DNA from: a virus
Taxonomy: Duplodnaviria; Caudoviricetes
Strand: one strand, 5' to 3'
IMG/VR virus record: IMGVR_UViG_3300048848_000108
Location: 1-37,683 of that record
DNA length: 37,683 nucleotides
Under the pieces are notes generated by a model. The model was given only the letters and a program-made list of their open reading frames with translations. It was not told where the DNA came from and ran no database searches. A program made the translations under genes and the position numbers. Within the stretch, counting starts at the first letter, position 1, and every line of letters starts with the position of its first letter. Shown here one piece after another: positions 10,401-18,484 of the stretch.

Positions 10401-11260
10401 TCGATGTCGTCAACGAACTGGCGGCGGAAGTCGAGGCAATCGGCGGTGGCGGGCTTGTCTCTCAAGGTAGCGACATCCGCGCTATCCGAAACAACGCGTG
10501 GCCGATCGCGAGCGAAATGCTCGATCAGGACTTTGCAAACTTCCTGGGCATTCAGGAAGGCTACAAGGTTACGGCAAAGGCGACTGACAGCCTCGATACC
10601 AAGATCACGGCGACGAACGACAGTATCGATATCGTCTCGCGGGCATTGTCGCAGGTTCAATCGATCTTGCCGGGGCTCGCCAGTTCGTCGGCGCTGTCGT
10701 TGCTGACAACGCGGGTCACGGCGGCTGAAGGCAATATCCTGTCTTCATCCGGCGCGATCACGTCACTGCGAAGCGATCTCGGAACCCTCGACGGTGTTGT
10801 TGGGACGAAAGCCAGCACAACGGCGCTCAACTCGCTCTCGACGAAGGTAACGGATGTCGAGGGAAAGATCTCGGCCGTCTCCGACAGCGTCACAAAGGTT
10901 ACCTCTCGGGTTGATGATGTTTCGGCCGATGCGACCTTCCGGATGACGACAGCATCGGGGCCTACGGGGTTTGCCCGCATTGCCATGCAGGCGAGGGTTT
11001 CGGTGAGCGAAGGTTTCCGGGCTGTCGGCTTGTATATCGATGTTCCAACAGACACGTCGCAGCCGACGCAATTCCTGATCAATGCCGACAGGTTCGCGAT
11101 CGTCAATGGAAACTCGAAAAAGCAACCGTTCGTGGTCGAGAACGGCGAGCTGGCGCTTGCGATCGCCAGCATTGGCACTGTGAAGGCAGGGCTGATTACG
11201 AGCCCTGACGGCAAGATGACCATCGACATCAACGCGGGAACGATAGTGATCAAGTCATGA
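7469..11260 (+). CDS. Central tail tip / host-specificity protein (J-like, 1263 aa)
   Basis: RGARLYDFRKDSTAGGSGAHR motif, Fn3-like segment, long coiled coils and C-terminal FLINADRFAI...PFVVENG (DUF1983-like). Confidence 0.9.
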   Translation: MPFLSAIGGAVSAVLGTVLGRVAVGIGLNMIASKIERDRAKKAQKSAGGTQFDIEYGEAVSRKVAIGVVGIAGHDCYVNTYGKSNKFLEQVYAFSDFPCDGLAKIYAGGKQLKLISTDNKNYTIEGGDYEGRMSFVFYDGTQKAADPGLVANGNPAGRWKAESVGAGICYLIARMTYDQEKLAQFPDFFFEIRGARLYDFRKDSTAGGSGAHRFGQYSTYEFTDSPVIADYNYRRGFSWNGDLFLGMDMSAADLPFAKYVTAANICDEIAGGERRYRCSIMLDADLDHGDNIDALMTACGGIVIDSVDGSWPLIGTEQPIVATFTDADLVAGEAVKFRRRRSMGELVNVVSGTYPEPSNMWSPAGYDPQTNAATVAVDKRTRDISFNFPQVPSKRQANQLASIYFNENRYEATAEVVLRPAFRSVQAGDWVYWDSANEKRRGTYMVQSRSIRALDSDGPRNVSLSLQERSGAIYAGVGTIAPTIPVPNGDPVYLNGLQDWAIIPVVATGADGRSYPAFRLSWSPIDDVTVRGIAFEWWAKNEPANKFQRRAEGDMTIALIQEGVLSVTEYQFRHKLIADRVTNWVGPVTVSSIEGGSNFLVDLENLSEEIQEKLETLQGWIDDGLKETVDQTVSDLESEVDDRVSGAIEGATRYRSVLDQFAEIRDHVANEAFAGFRDREQLRQTLTVRLEGGFATFDERITTAVSATGAVSQRVTTLEASTGNLAAQITDINEARVDGDLALAQQISLLSAGTDNQFDPVNLWDFEADAAGWTGNGLPTVSSGFLRPATAATNPYVASPVIEVMGSKYRQVRMRIRKVGSPVWEGGCWWKASADTTWDTARRAVVAEPSFDANGIGLITFNPEWSGTIVQIRIDLSSTQTETDYFTIDWISVGAPSPGASRAELAAERLARMSKDEALASDLTALDAAFTDPETGLGAIASGVSALEARVTDVDGLLKAQGTSLNGLAVSLDGKAGVDVVNELAAEVEAIGGGGLVSQGSDIRAIRNNAWPIASEMLDQDFANFLGIQEGYKVTAKATDSLDTKITATNDSIDIVSRALSQVQSILPGLASSSALSLLTTRVTAAEGNILSSSGAITSLRSDLGTLDGVVGTKASTTALNSLSTKVTDVEGKISAVSDSVTKVTSRVDDVSADATFRMTTASGPTGFARIAMQARVSVSEGFRAVGLYIDVPTDTSQPTQFLINADRFAIVNGNSKKQPFVVENGELALAIASIGTVKAGLITSPDGKMTIDINAGTIVIKS

Positions 11261-12786
11261 CGCGATTTATGATTGGCATCGATAGCCTGGGGCATTCATG
11301 CGTGAAAATCACCAAGGGGAATATCGATCCAGTGACCGAACCGGACGGCAACACGGCGTCCTTTTTATACAACTCGAAAGTGGCGGCCGATGTGAAGTTG
11401 GCCGTCACTGACAGCACTCCCTTTCAAACCGGGAGCCGCTACCTGCCCTCGGGCTCCAATATCAACAACTACCAAAAAGTCTTGCAGGCTCCCTATGTGG
11501 GGTCCGGCGCGGCCAAGGATATCGGTGTGAGAAACAGCTTTTATGGAGACGCTATCCCTTATTCGCTTCCCGTGTTCGACATCAAAACCCGTCGCCTATC
11601 TGACGGCAAGTATATCGAGCAGAACCGTGTGAGGCGCGAGGGGCGCGAGGGGTATGGAGGGGCAGAGCCGGGCTTTTATGAAACCTTCGATCGCGGTCAA
11701 AGCGCGTGGTGGGAGGATCGGCCGGATGCGGACAGCAACTCTGGTGATTTAATTGGTGCGCTCGGAAACGGTCTGCTCTACCAAGGCAACAGCTACGCTA
11801 CCTATGATGCGGACCAGCTCGAAAAGGAAATCGTCATTTGGCGACTGCCTGCCGACAACACGCCTATCCTCGACGGCGCGCCGAAGGCTCCGATCGCCGG
11901 GCAATGGTCTGCGCAGTTCAGCAAGGATTTCTGCAGGGTCGCAAAGCCCGGCTATGACGTCCGGAATGCGAGGCCAACGCAACTAGCTTTTGACAGCTCG
12001 GGGCGGCCCCTGTCGGCTATCGGCGCAGCTGACATCAACCTTCCCGCCGGCGTGACCAGATATGACCTTGGGTTCGCCGTCACGCCTAACATGCTGGCGG
12101 ATCTCTTCCTGTATGTTGATGACGTGATCACATTCCCGATGAGCCGCTTTAATCGGTCGTTAGTCGCGGAATACTGGTTTTCGGGAAACAGCATCTACTT
12201 CGATAACAAGCAATCCAGCGCTTGCCGTTGTCGCTTTGTCGTTTTCGCGAACGATCGTGCGCCGCTCACGTCCGGAGATAACAATTTTCTTCGCCAGTTC
12301 ACGTCTGGCGGCGAAAGGGTCATGCAGCTGTTGCGTCCCGGATCTGGCAACCCGCCGGCCTTCCGCGATGTCGTCCTGGACAGCCGTTGGCCTTGCCTGC
12401 AAATCTTGGCGGAAGGTTACAAGCCTATCGCGGCGCAGGAGAACCGGACCCCGCCAAGCGGGACGAACTCGGGGCAGTCTTTTACGGTCAATTTCAAGGG
12501 CGACGGCTTTTTTCCGATCGTCAAATACATGACCGTGCATCAGCATGAGGAATTCGGAAAATGCGTCAAGTTTCCGCAGACGCGTATCACCGAAAGCTAC
12601 AACGGCTCGGCCCGGTATCATCAGGCCAATTCGTCCTACTGCCAGCTCACCGACAATCAGGCGACGTTCTGGACGTTCAACGGTAACCCATACAATGAGC
12701 GGTACGCCGAGAACCGGTGGAAATTCGACTACGTGCCCGACCCTATAATCGGCATCCGCTACTACATCCTCGGCATCCCCCAGTAA
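11257..12786 (+). CDS. Tail-associated structural protein (509 aa)
   Basis: Coupled to the J-like gene; beta-rich with repeated (K/R)PG...(F/L)DS modules. Confidence 0.65.
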   Translation: MTRFMIGIDSLGHSCVKITKGNIDPVTEPDGNTASFLYNSKVAADVKLAVTDSTPFQTGSRYLPSGSNINNYQKVLQAPYVGSGAAKDIGVRNSFYGDAIPYSLPVFDIKTRRLSDGKYIEQNRVRREGREGYGGAEPGFYETFDRGQSAWWEDRPDADSNSGDLIGALGNGLLYQGNSYATYDADQLEKEIVIWRLPADNTPILDGAPKAPIAGQWSAQFSKDFCRVAKPGYDVRNARPTQLAFDSSGRPLSAIGAADINLPAGVTRYDLGFAVTPNMLADLFLYVDDVITFPMSRFNRSLVAEYWFSGNSIYFDNKQSSACRCRFVVFANDRAPLTSGDNNFLRQFTSGGERVMQLLRPGSGNPPAFRDVVLDSRWPCLQILAEGYKPIAAQENRTPPSGTNSGQSFTVNFKGDGFFPIVKYMTVHQHEEFGKCVKFPQTRITESYNGSARYHQANSSYCQLTDNQATFWTFNGNPYNERYAENRWKFDYVPDPIIGIRYYILGIPQ

Positions 12787-12800
12787 TCAGGGAAAACCCC

Positions 12801-12992
12801 ATGACAACCGTCAACATCGCGCCTGAAGTCGCCCTTCAGGAAGAGCGGGCGATTTCCGCTGCGCTCAAGAACCGCACTCTGGTTCTCGCTCAAGCATTCG
12901 TCGAGTTACAAGCCGTCCTCGATCAGAGAGACGCCGAAATCAAATCTCTCAAGGCAGAGCTTGCCGAAGCCCACGAAGGGAACGAACCCTGA
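12801..12992 (+). CDS. Small coiled-coil hypothetical protein (63 aa)
   Basis: AGGGAA RBS, ATG 12801; stop overlaps the next start. Confidence 0.65.
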   Translation: MTTVNIAPEVALQEERAISAALKNRTLVLAQAFVELQAVLDQRDAEIKSLKAELAEAHEGNEP

Positions 12993-13834
12993 TGCCCCTA
13001 CCGACTACCTATAACACCGGCACTGCGACGGTGAATGCGAACGGCACGGCAGTTACCGGGCAAGGGACAACTTGGCTGACATCGGGCTTGCAGGCCGGCG
13101 ATGCCTTTTGGTGCGCTGGACTGTCTGTCCGCATTCTCTCGGTCAACGGCAACACGTCTCTGACGTTGGCGTATCCATGGCCGGGCGCAAGCCGGGCGGC
13201 CGATGCTTACGAAGTCCAGTTTGCGCCGGACGCTACTCGCGCGCTAGCAGCTGCTCGGCAAGTTCTCGATGCGTTGACGAACGGCAACCTGTTTTCGATC
13301 GCGGGCCTCGCCACGGCAGCAAACAAGCTTGCCTATTATACCGGGGCCGGCGCGGCGGCATTGACGGATCTGGTGGCCCATGGCCGCTCGATCCTCGGCC
13401 TGTCCGGAGGGGCGGGCAAGTTCCTCCGATCGACCGGCGCTAACTCGGCCGTCATGCAAGACATCGTCGGTTCTGTCTCGCAGAGCGGCGGCATCCCGAC
13501 AGGTGCGATCGTCGAGCGTGGCAGCAATGCCAACGGTGAGTATGTACGGTTTGCGGATGGAACGCAGATTTGCACCTACAACGCCGTTTTCCCGATCACA
13601 ACGTCCCCTGTCGGTTCCATTCATCGCGACACTACAGGCGTCGGCGTATGGAGCTATCCAGCGTCGTTTGCGGCCGCGCCGGCTGTCTCTGCTTCGGCGG
13701 CTTCAAATGCGGCCTGGACCGGCGTTGGTGCCGCCTCAGCGTCACAAGTAAACAGCGTTCCCGTGTTTGCTCCTGCCGCTCTCTCGGGAAGCAGCATCCG
13801 CATCTATTTCATGGCAATTGGCAGGTGGTTCTAA
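12992..13834 (+). CDS. Tail fibre / receptor-binding protein
   Basis: YNTGTATVNANGTAVTGQGTTW N-terminus; ANKLAYYTGAGAAALTDL and GAIVERGSNANGEYVRFADGTQIC fibre motifs. Confidence 0.85.
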   Translation: MPLPTTYNTGTATVNANGTAVTGQGTTWLTSGLQAGDAFWCAGLSVRILSVNGNTSLTLAYPWPGASRAADAYEVQFAPDATRALAAARQVLDALTNGNLFSIAGLATAANKLAYYTGAGAAALTDLVAHGRSILGLSGGAGKFLRSTGANSAVMQDIVGSVSQSGGIPTGAIVERGSNANGEYVRFADGTQICTYNAVFPITTSPVGSIHRDTTGVGVWSYPASFAAAPAVSASAASNAAWTGVGAASASQVNSVPVFAPAALSGSSIRIYFMAIGRWF

Positions 13835-14157
13835 TGCAAATCGCATTCTCTCCGCAGCGTCGGGCCGGAACGCTTTCCGTTACCAAGGCCGGCGACATTC
13901 TCGAAATCAACGGCGCGTCGTTCGACTTCACGTCCCTTCCCAACGGCGCGACACTGCCGGCCGGCGCAGTTCCGTGCGAGTGGATCGCCGGGCCGGTTGA
14001 GCGTGTCTCGGGGGAGTTGAGGTTGACCCTGATCTTGCCTCATGGCGCAAGCCCGCCGCCTCCCGTCGCCTTCCCCTCCCCGATCGACAGCCCGCCAGAT
14101 GGCGCGCTTGCTATCCCGTTTGATCCAAGTCCGGAGCGTGATGATGTGGACCCCTGA
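13834..14157 (+). CDS. Tail fibre-associated / assembly protein
   Basis: ATG 13834 overlaps the fibre stop; MQIAFSPQRR...GDILEING..FDF..LPNGATLP...LTLILPHG pattern. Confidence 0.7.
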   Translation: MQIAFSPQRRAGTLSVTKAGDILEINGASFDFTSLPNGATLPAGAVPCEWIAGPVERVSGELRLTLILPHGASPPPPVAFPSPIDSPPDGALAIPFDPSPERDDVDP

Positions 14158-14476
14158 CCCTTCCTCGATCATCACGGCCGAGCAGAAAGCGGATGCGATC
14201 CGAGCCGCCCGGCTTTCGGCTTACAAGAGCGCCTTCGATAGCCGTCTCGATGAAGTCGCGCAGCAGCGCCAATATGATAACCGGCTGACGATTGCCGCTT
14301 ATGTTTCCAGCTCCAACCCGCAATGGTCTGCCGAAGCGCAGGCGTTCATTGTCTGGCGGGATGCCTGCCTTGAATACCTTTTCGAACAGCTCTCGGCCGT
14401 CGAGGCCGGGACGATCGACGCGCCTACGGTCGTCGAATTTATTGCCGGCATGCCGGTAATCGACTGGTCCGCGTGA
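14141..14476 (+). CDS. Tail fibre-associated protein
   Basis: GGAG RBS; LDEVAQQRQYDN...YVSSSNPQWSAEAQAFIVWRD motif. Confidence 0.7.
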   Translation: MMWTPDPSSIITAEQKADAIRAARLSAYKSAFDSRLDEVAQQRQYDNRLTIAAYVSSSNPQWSAEAQAFIVWRDACLEYLFEQLSAVEAGTIDAPTVVEFIAGMPVIDWSA

Positions 14477-14538
14477 CCACATACCGCCGGCTCTAGCGAG
14501 CGCGGCAACCCTTCCCTGAAAAATCCGGAGATATCCAG

Positions 14539-15432
14539 ATGGATATGACAACGTTCTTCGCATATGCGAGGCGCGCGCCTTTTGGTGGCCGTCTCGTGCA
14601 ATCCCAGATCAACGGCATCAACGTCATTCTCGATCAGTGGCGGTTCTATCGTCTCGTCGAGCGCGAGTGGCTGGCCTACATTCTGGCGACCGTCTTTCAC
14701 GAAACCGCCGGCACCATGCAGCCGGTTCGCGAAACGCTGAAGTCTACCGATGCGAAGGCTATCGCGGCTCTCGATAAGGCGTTCGCATCCGGCCGGCTCA
14801 AGACGGTGAAAACCCCGTACTGGCGACGGGACAAGGCCGGTAAGAGCTGGCTTGGCCGGGGCTTTGTCCAGCTCACCCATGAGCGCAACTACAAGGCCAT
14901 GGGCGAGCGCCTGAAGGTCGATCTTGCCGGCAACCCGTCGCTGGCGATGGACCCGGTTATTTCGGCCAAGATCCTGATCGTCGGCATGGCGGAAGGTCTT
15001 TTCACCGGAAAGAAGCTTTCCGACTACCTCGGCCGTGGCAAAGTCCAAGATCCTGAAGGCGCGAGACGGATCATCAACGGAACCGACAAGGCGAAGCTGA
15101 TCGCCGGCTATTACAAGAGCTTCCTCGATGCGATCGAGGCGGCCGAGAAAGCCGAGCGGGCCGGTTCCATTCCCGCTGATGTCCGTCCGGACGCGGCGCG
15201 CGCGGACAACGTGCCGGCGGCACAAAGCAAGACGGTTTGGACCGTCGCGAGCGGCTTGCTCGCCAGTGGCGGGTTCGGGGTCGCAAGGGACATCGCAAAT
15301 GGCGGCGCATCGTTCTTCAGTGCTATTTCCAACCCGTGGGCCTTTTGCAGTCTGGCATTCCTTTCGGTCGCCTGCCTCGCGTTCTTCTGGCTGGTTTCGT
15401 CCGGCCGCGTCGTGATCAACAGAGCCCGATAA
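14539..15432 (+). CDS. Endolysin, GH19 (chitinase/lysozyme-fold) type, with C-terminal hydrophobic segments
   Basis: AYILATVFHETAGTMQPVRE, GRGFVQLTHERNY and ARRIINGTDKA motifs; GGAG RBS; hydrophobic C-terminus. Confidence 0.85.
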   Translation: MDMTTFFAYARRAPFGGRLVQSQINGINVILDQWRFYRLVEREWLAYILATVFHETAGTMQPVRETLKSTDAKAIAALDKAFASGRLKTVKTPYWRRDKAGKSWLGRGFVQLTHERNYKAMGERLKVDLAGNPSLAMDPVISAKILIVGMAEGLFTGKKLSDYLGRGKVQDPEGARRIINGTDKAKLIAGYYKSFLDAIEAAEKAERAGSIPADVRPDAARADNVPAAQSKTVWTVASGLLASGGFGVARDIANGGASFFSAISNPWAFCSLAFLSVACLAFFWLVSSGRVVINRAR

Positions 15433-15704
15433 TGTTCGGGCTCGCTCTCAGTGCCGCGACACTCAAAGCCAAGTTCGGCCTGGCTGTCGCGGCGATCGCC
15501 GTCGCAGCGCTCATATGCGCGCTGTTTTTTCACTTCGGGAAGCGTGAAGGCCGATCGGAATTGCAGGCTGAAACCCTGCGCCGATCCCTTTCACGCATCC
15601 AAACCATGGAGAAGAATGATGCGGGCTTCCGCAACCTTTCGGGCCGCGATCGCTGCCTTATGCTTTTGCGTGATAGCGGGTTGCCAGACGGCTCCTGCGA
15701 CTGA
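15432..15704 (+). CDS. Putative i-spanin (Rz-like)
   Basis: ATG 15432 coupled to the endolysin stop; N-terminal TM helix, helical periplasmic part, C-terminal Cys residues. Confidence 0.65.
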   Translation: MFGLALSAATLKAKFGLAVAAIAVAALICALFFHFGKREGRSELQAETLRRSLSRIQTMEKNDAGFRNLSGRDRCLMLLRDSGLPDGSCD

Positions 15705-15837
15705 CGGGAGCGGCTACCAGCTAGTCCGCTTCAAAGATCCTGAAGCCGCCAAGCTGGCGGCTCAAGACGAGGCGGCCGGGCCGTCGATCCTCTCGAACAA
15801 TAAGCAGTGCCGACAAGATCCGGCCTGCCGGAAGTAG
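15616..15837 (+). CDS. Putative o-spanin lipoprotein (Rz1-like)
   Basis: GGAG RBS; signal peptide with lipobox VIAG-C; overlaps the 3' end of the i-spanin gene in another frame. Confidence 0.7.
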   Translation: MMRASATFRAAIAALCFCVIAGCQTAPATDGSGYQLVRFKDPEAAKLAAQDEAAGPSILSNNKQCRQDPACRK

Positions 15838-15867
15838 CGCGCTCACTCACCTATAAAGGACCGGGCT

Positions 15868-16191
15868 ATGCCGGAGAAATACACGTCGCTTATCGAGCTT
15901 ATGAATGCATGGCTCGGCGGCGCGGCGACAACCGTTATCGCCGCTACCCTCGGCCGTGCCATGTGGCACGGTAATGAGGCCCGAAAGGGTCATCGGAAGT
16001 TTCTCGGCCTCGAACTGCTTTGGGAATTTCCCGTAGCGCTCGGCATGGCCTTGGTCGGGGAAAGCGTTGCTTCCTACCTCAACGTTGGCCCGACGACATC
16101 AACGGGCCTGATCGCCGCCCTCGCCTATCTCGGCCCGCGTGGAATGGAAGTGCTCGTGCAGAAGTGGGTTGCGCGAAAAATCGCGAGCTGA
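15868..16191 (+). CDS. Holin (LydA-like)
   Basis: 107 aa with 2-3 hydrophobic helices, IAALAYLGPRG motif, basic C-terminus; AAGGA RBS. Confidence 0.8.
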   Translation: MPEKYTSLIELMNAWLGGAATTVIAATLGRAMWHGNEARKGHRKFLGLELLWEFPVALGMALVGESVASYLNVGPTTSTGLIAALAYLGPRGMEVLVQKWVARKIAS

Positions 16192-16203
16192 CGAAACCGG
16201 CGC

Positions 16204-16434
16204 TTAGTCGGGTTTCCGGATCTGGCCTAAGATTGCGTTCAACTCTTCATTTTCGGTGAAGCCAAGGGACAGATTTTCAGCGATCGCGATAATGGCCGCC
16301 ATCGCCTCGGGCGGTGTCCACCCGGCTATCGCGGCGTTCGCGATGACCTCTTGCACCGAAGCTTCCAAGGCTTCTTGGCAGTCAATGAAGCGGTCTGCCG
16401 ATTGCGCTTTTGGCGGGATGATCGTTGTCATCAT
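16204..16434 (-). CDS. Hypothetical protein (76 aa)
   Basis: AGGA upstream; DRFIDCQEALE...AGW motif; compact accessory gene. Confidence 0.65.
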   Translation of the reverse strand: MMTTIIPPKAQSADRFIDCQEALEASVQEVIANAAIAGWTPPEAMAAIIAIAENLSLGFTENEELNAILGQIRKPD

Positions 16435-16462
16435 TCCTAGATATGTCGCGAGCTGAAAAATG

Positions 16463-16500
16463 AAAGCCGCCCTGGGTTATCCGGGCGGCTTTTTGCGTTT
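16463..16500. terminator. Bidirectional intrinsic terminator, copy 1
   Basis: AAAGCCGCCCTGG-GTTAT-CCGGGCGGCTTTTT. Confidence 0.8.
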
Positions 16501-16589
16501 AGGTCTTGCCGAACTTTTCCAAGCCTTTGAGATTGGTCCTGTTCCTCGCCGTTACTATATCTTGAATAGTCTGCACGATGGAGGAACCA

Positions 16590-16907
16590 ATGCAAAATCC
16601 CACTAAAGTTACGATCGACTTGGACAAAGAGTTTATCCCTACTGAATACGAAGACGGGGGGCGTGTATCTGTAGTGACAATCACGCCCGCCGGCGAAATT
16701 TCTCTGGATGGCGAGTGCTTCACCTTTTCCCAAAAGGTTTTTGCGCTTTTCCCGCAGGGCAGGGGTTTTAGGTTTGAGTTCGAACCTACTTCAATCCGGT
16801 TGCTAGTCGGGAGTTGGTTGCCTCCTGAAATCGAGGAAGAGCTGCGGCCGGTTATCTTGGCGGCCTATCCTGATAGCGAGACAAGAATTCAGGCGTTGCG
16901 CGCCTAA
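16590..16907 (+). CDS. Moron hypothetical protein (105 aa)
   Basis: GGAGG RBS at 16580-16584, ATG 16590; AT-richer; bracketed by duplicated terminators. Confidence 0.7.
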   Translation: MQNPTKVTIDLDKEFIPTEYEDGGRVSVVTITPAGEISLDGECFTFSQKVFALFPQGRGFRFEFEPTSIRLLVGSWLPPEIEEELRPVILAAYPDSETRIQALRA

Positions 16908-16929
16908 GCTTTAGCCGTATTCCGACAAC

Positions 16930-16967
16930 AAAGCCGCCCTGGGTTAGCCGGGCGGCTTTTTGCGTTT
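16930..16967. terminator. Bidirectional intrinsic terminator, copy 2 (near-identical direct repeat of copy 1)
   Basis: AAAGCCGCCCTGG-GTTAG-CCGGGCGGCTTTTT; lies between convergent genes. Confidence 0.85.
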
Positions 16968-17464
16968 TAGGGCGTCGCCGCTTCTTTTGGAGCTTCGTCC
17001 TTCAGCTCGATGCGCCAACGGCGAAGTCTTGCCTCATCGTCACGGCTAAGAGATTTGCGTGTTTCGAGCGCATGCTCAAGCATCATCACGCCGGCCCGCT
17101 TCTGCCAGATATCCCCGTGAATAGGGTGCGAAAAAGCTACAAGCTTCACTGCCGCCACTACGTCATCGTTTCCTGCGGGCTTCAAATCGGACAAGCCTCG
17201 GATAACTCGATCGACCGAAGCTGTTACCGTGCCGGCGATCACCAGCGCTATCCCTGTAAGAATAAGCATGGCGCTGATCGTAAGTAAGTGGATATTTGTG
17301 ACCTCCATCCGGAGGCCGGCCGTCTCAACGCCGGTGAAGAATAATAGCATTATCCAGCCGGCGACAAACGTCAGCATTCCGCAGATTGACATTCCATTAG
17401 ATGGCATTGGTTTTCCTACCCCGCTAAAGGTCACAACCTTTATTTCGAGGCGGTGGTATGTCAA
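16967..17464 (-). CDS. Membrane protein with two N-terminal TM helices (start uncertain)
   Basis: Hydrophobic stretches ICGMLTFVAGWIMLLFF and LLTISAMLILTGIALVIAG. Confidence 0.6.
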   Translation of the reverse strand: MTYHRLEIKVVTFSGVGKPMPSNGMSICGMLTFVAGWIMLLFFTGVETAGLRMEVTNIHLLTISAMLILTGIALVIAGTVTASVDRVIRGLSDLKPAGNDDVVAAVKLVAFSHPIHGDIWQKRAGVMMLEHALETRKSLSRDDEARLRRWRIELKDEAPKEAATP

Positions 17465-17495
17465 CCCATAGTTGCCACGTCTGATCGAGACGCTT

Positions 17496-17726
17496 CTAAC
17501 GCCTATGAGGCTTCGCGCCGGGATAGGAATAATTGGCGCTGCGGTGGCTCACTATCTTCGAACCCGGCCGGCCGCATTGGCTACAACGGAACGCCGCATC
17601 GCTCGGCTTGTCCTCGGGTGGCATGTTGGAAATCTCGACCTCGATGCACCTTTCGCACTTTGAGCAGTGGACGTGCATTGTCAGGTTAAGGACGATCATG
17701 CCGGCCCAAGTTGATGTGTCTTGCAT
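17496..17726 (-). CDS. Small Zn-ribbon protein (76 aa)
   Basis: HCSKC...FRCSQCG motifs; GGAGGGAG RBS. Confidence 0.7.
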   Translation of the reverse strand: MQDTSTWAGMIVLNLTMHVHCSKCERCIEVEISNMPPEDKPSDAAFRCSQCGRPGSKIVSHRSANYSYPGAKPHRR

Positions 17727-17758
17727 GCTCCCCTCCCCTCTCTGCTACCTGCTCACCC

Positions 17759-17861
17759 TGTCCAAAAACGAACGTTTGTGGACACCTCGAAACTAGTGTC
17801 CGAAATCTACGTTGACAGCCTTTACGACAGGCAAGATATTCCGAACAGCCTTTTTGGACGG
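17759..17861. promoter_or_regulatory. res site for the adjacent resolvase
   Basis: Site-I-like inverted repeat TGTCCAAAAACG-AA-CGTTTGTGGACA (17759-17784), plus further TGTCCGAAA/TTTACGACA and TTCCGAA/TTTGGAC half-sites just upstream of the resolvase gene. Confidence 0.75.
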
Positions 17862-17871
17862 ATCTGCCTCG

Positions 17872-18447
17872 ATGCCTCGCACCTTCGCCTATGCCCGCGT
17901 GTCTACAACCGGACAAAGCCCGGAAAACCAAATCAGGGAGATCGAGGCCGCCGGCTTCCATGTTGAGCCACGCCGGATCATCACCGAAACGATTTCGGGC
18001 AGTACCTTCATAAGGCAGCGTCGAGAGTTCTCCCGGCTCGTAGACAAGTTGGAAGCCGGCGATATTCTGATCGTCACCAAGCTTGATCGTCTCGGCCGTG
18101 ATGCGATCGATGTCAGCGCGACGGTTAAGGCTTTGGCCGAAATTGGAGTGCGCATTTATTGCCTCGCTCTCGGCGGCGTTGACCTTACCAGCTCGGCCGG
18201 GACGATGACCATGAACGTCATCAACGCGGTTGCTCAATTCGAGCGAGATCTTTTGGTTGAGCGGACACAGTCCGGCCTCGCCCGTGTCAAATCTGAAGGT
18301 AAGGTTCTCGGCCGGCCCCAAAAGCTTAGTTTGAAACAGAAGGCGGAAGCCCGAAAGGATCTCGCGGCCGGGATGGGCATTTCAGCAGTTGCGAGGAAGT
18401 TTGATACGAGCCGGCAGACAATCATGCGTGTTCGCGACAACGGCTAA
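17872..18447 (+). CDS. Small serine recombinase (resolvase family)
   Basis: FAYARVS catalytic Ser, VTKLDRLGR, FERDLLVERT, GRP and C-terminal HTH; 191 aa. Confidence 0.95.
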   Translation: MPRTFAYARVSTTGQSPENQIREIEAAGFHVEPRRIITETISGSTFIRQRREFSRLVDKLEAGDILIVTKLDRLGRDAIDVSATVKALAEIGVRIYCLALGGVDLTSSAGTMTMNVINAVAQFERDLLVERTQSGLARVKSEGKVLGRPQKLSLKQKAEARKDLAAGMGISAVARKFDTSRQTIMRVRDNG

Positions 18448-18484
18448 CGATGCGTCGCGAACTGCTCCTGTCAGCTCAATCAAC

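Noticed and set aside
17872-18447. Serine recombinase as an integrase or tail-fibre invertase
   Set aside because: At 191 aa it lacks the recombinase and Zn-ribbon domains of large serine integrases. I saw no inverted repeats or alternative fibre segments near the tail genes, and a res-type site is adjacent.
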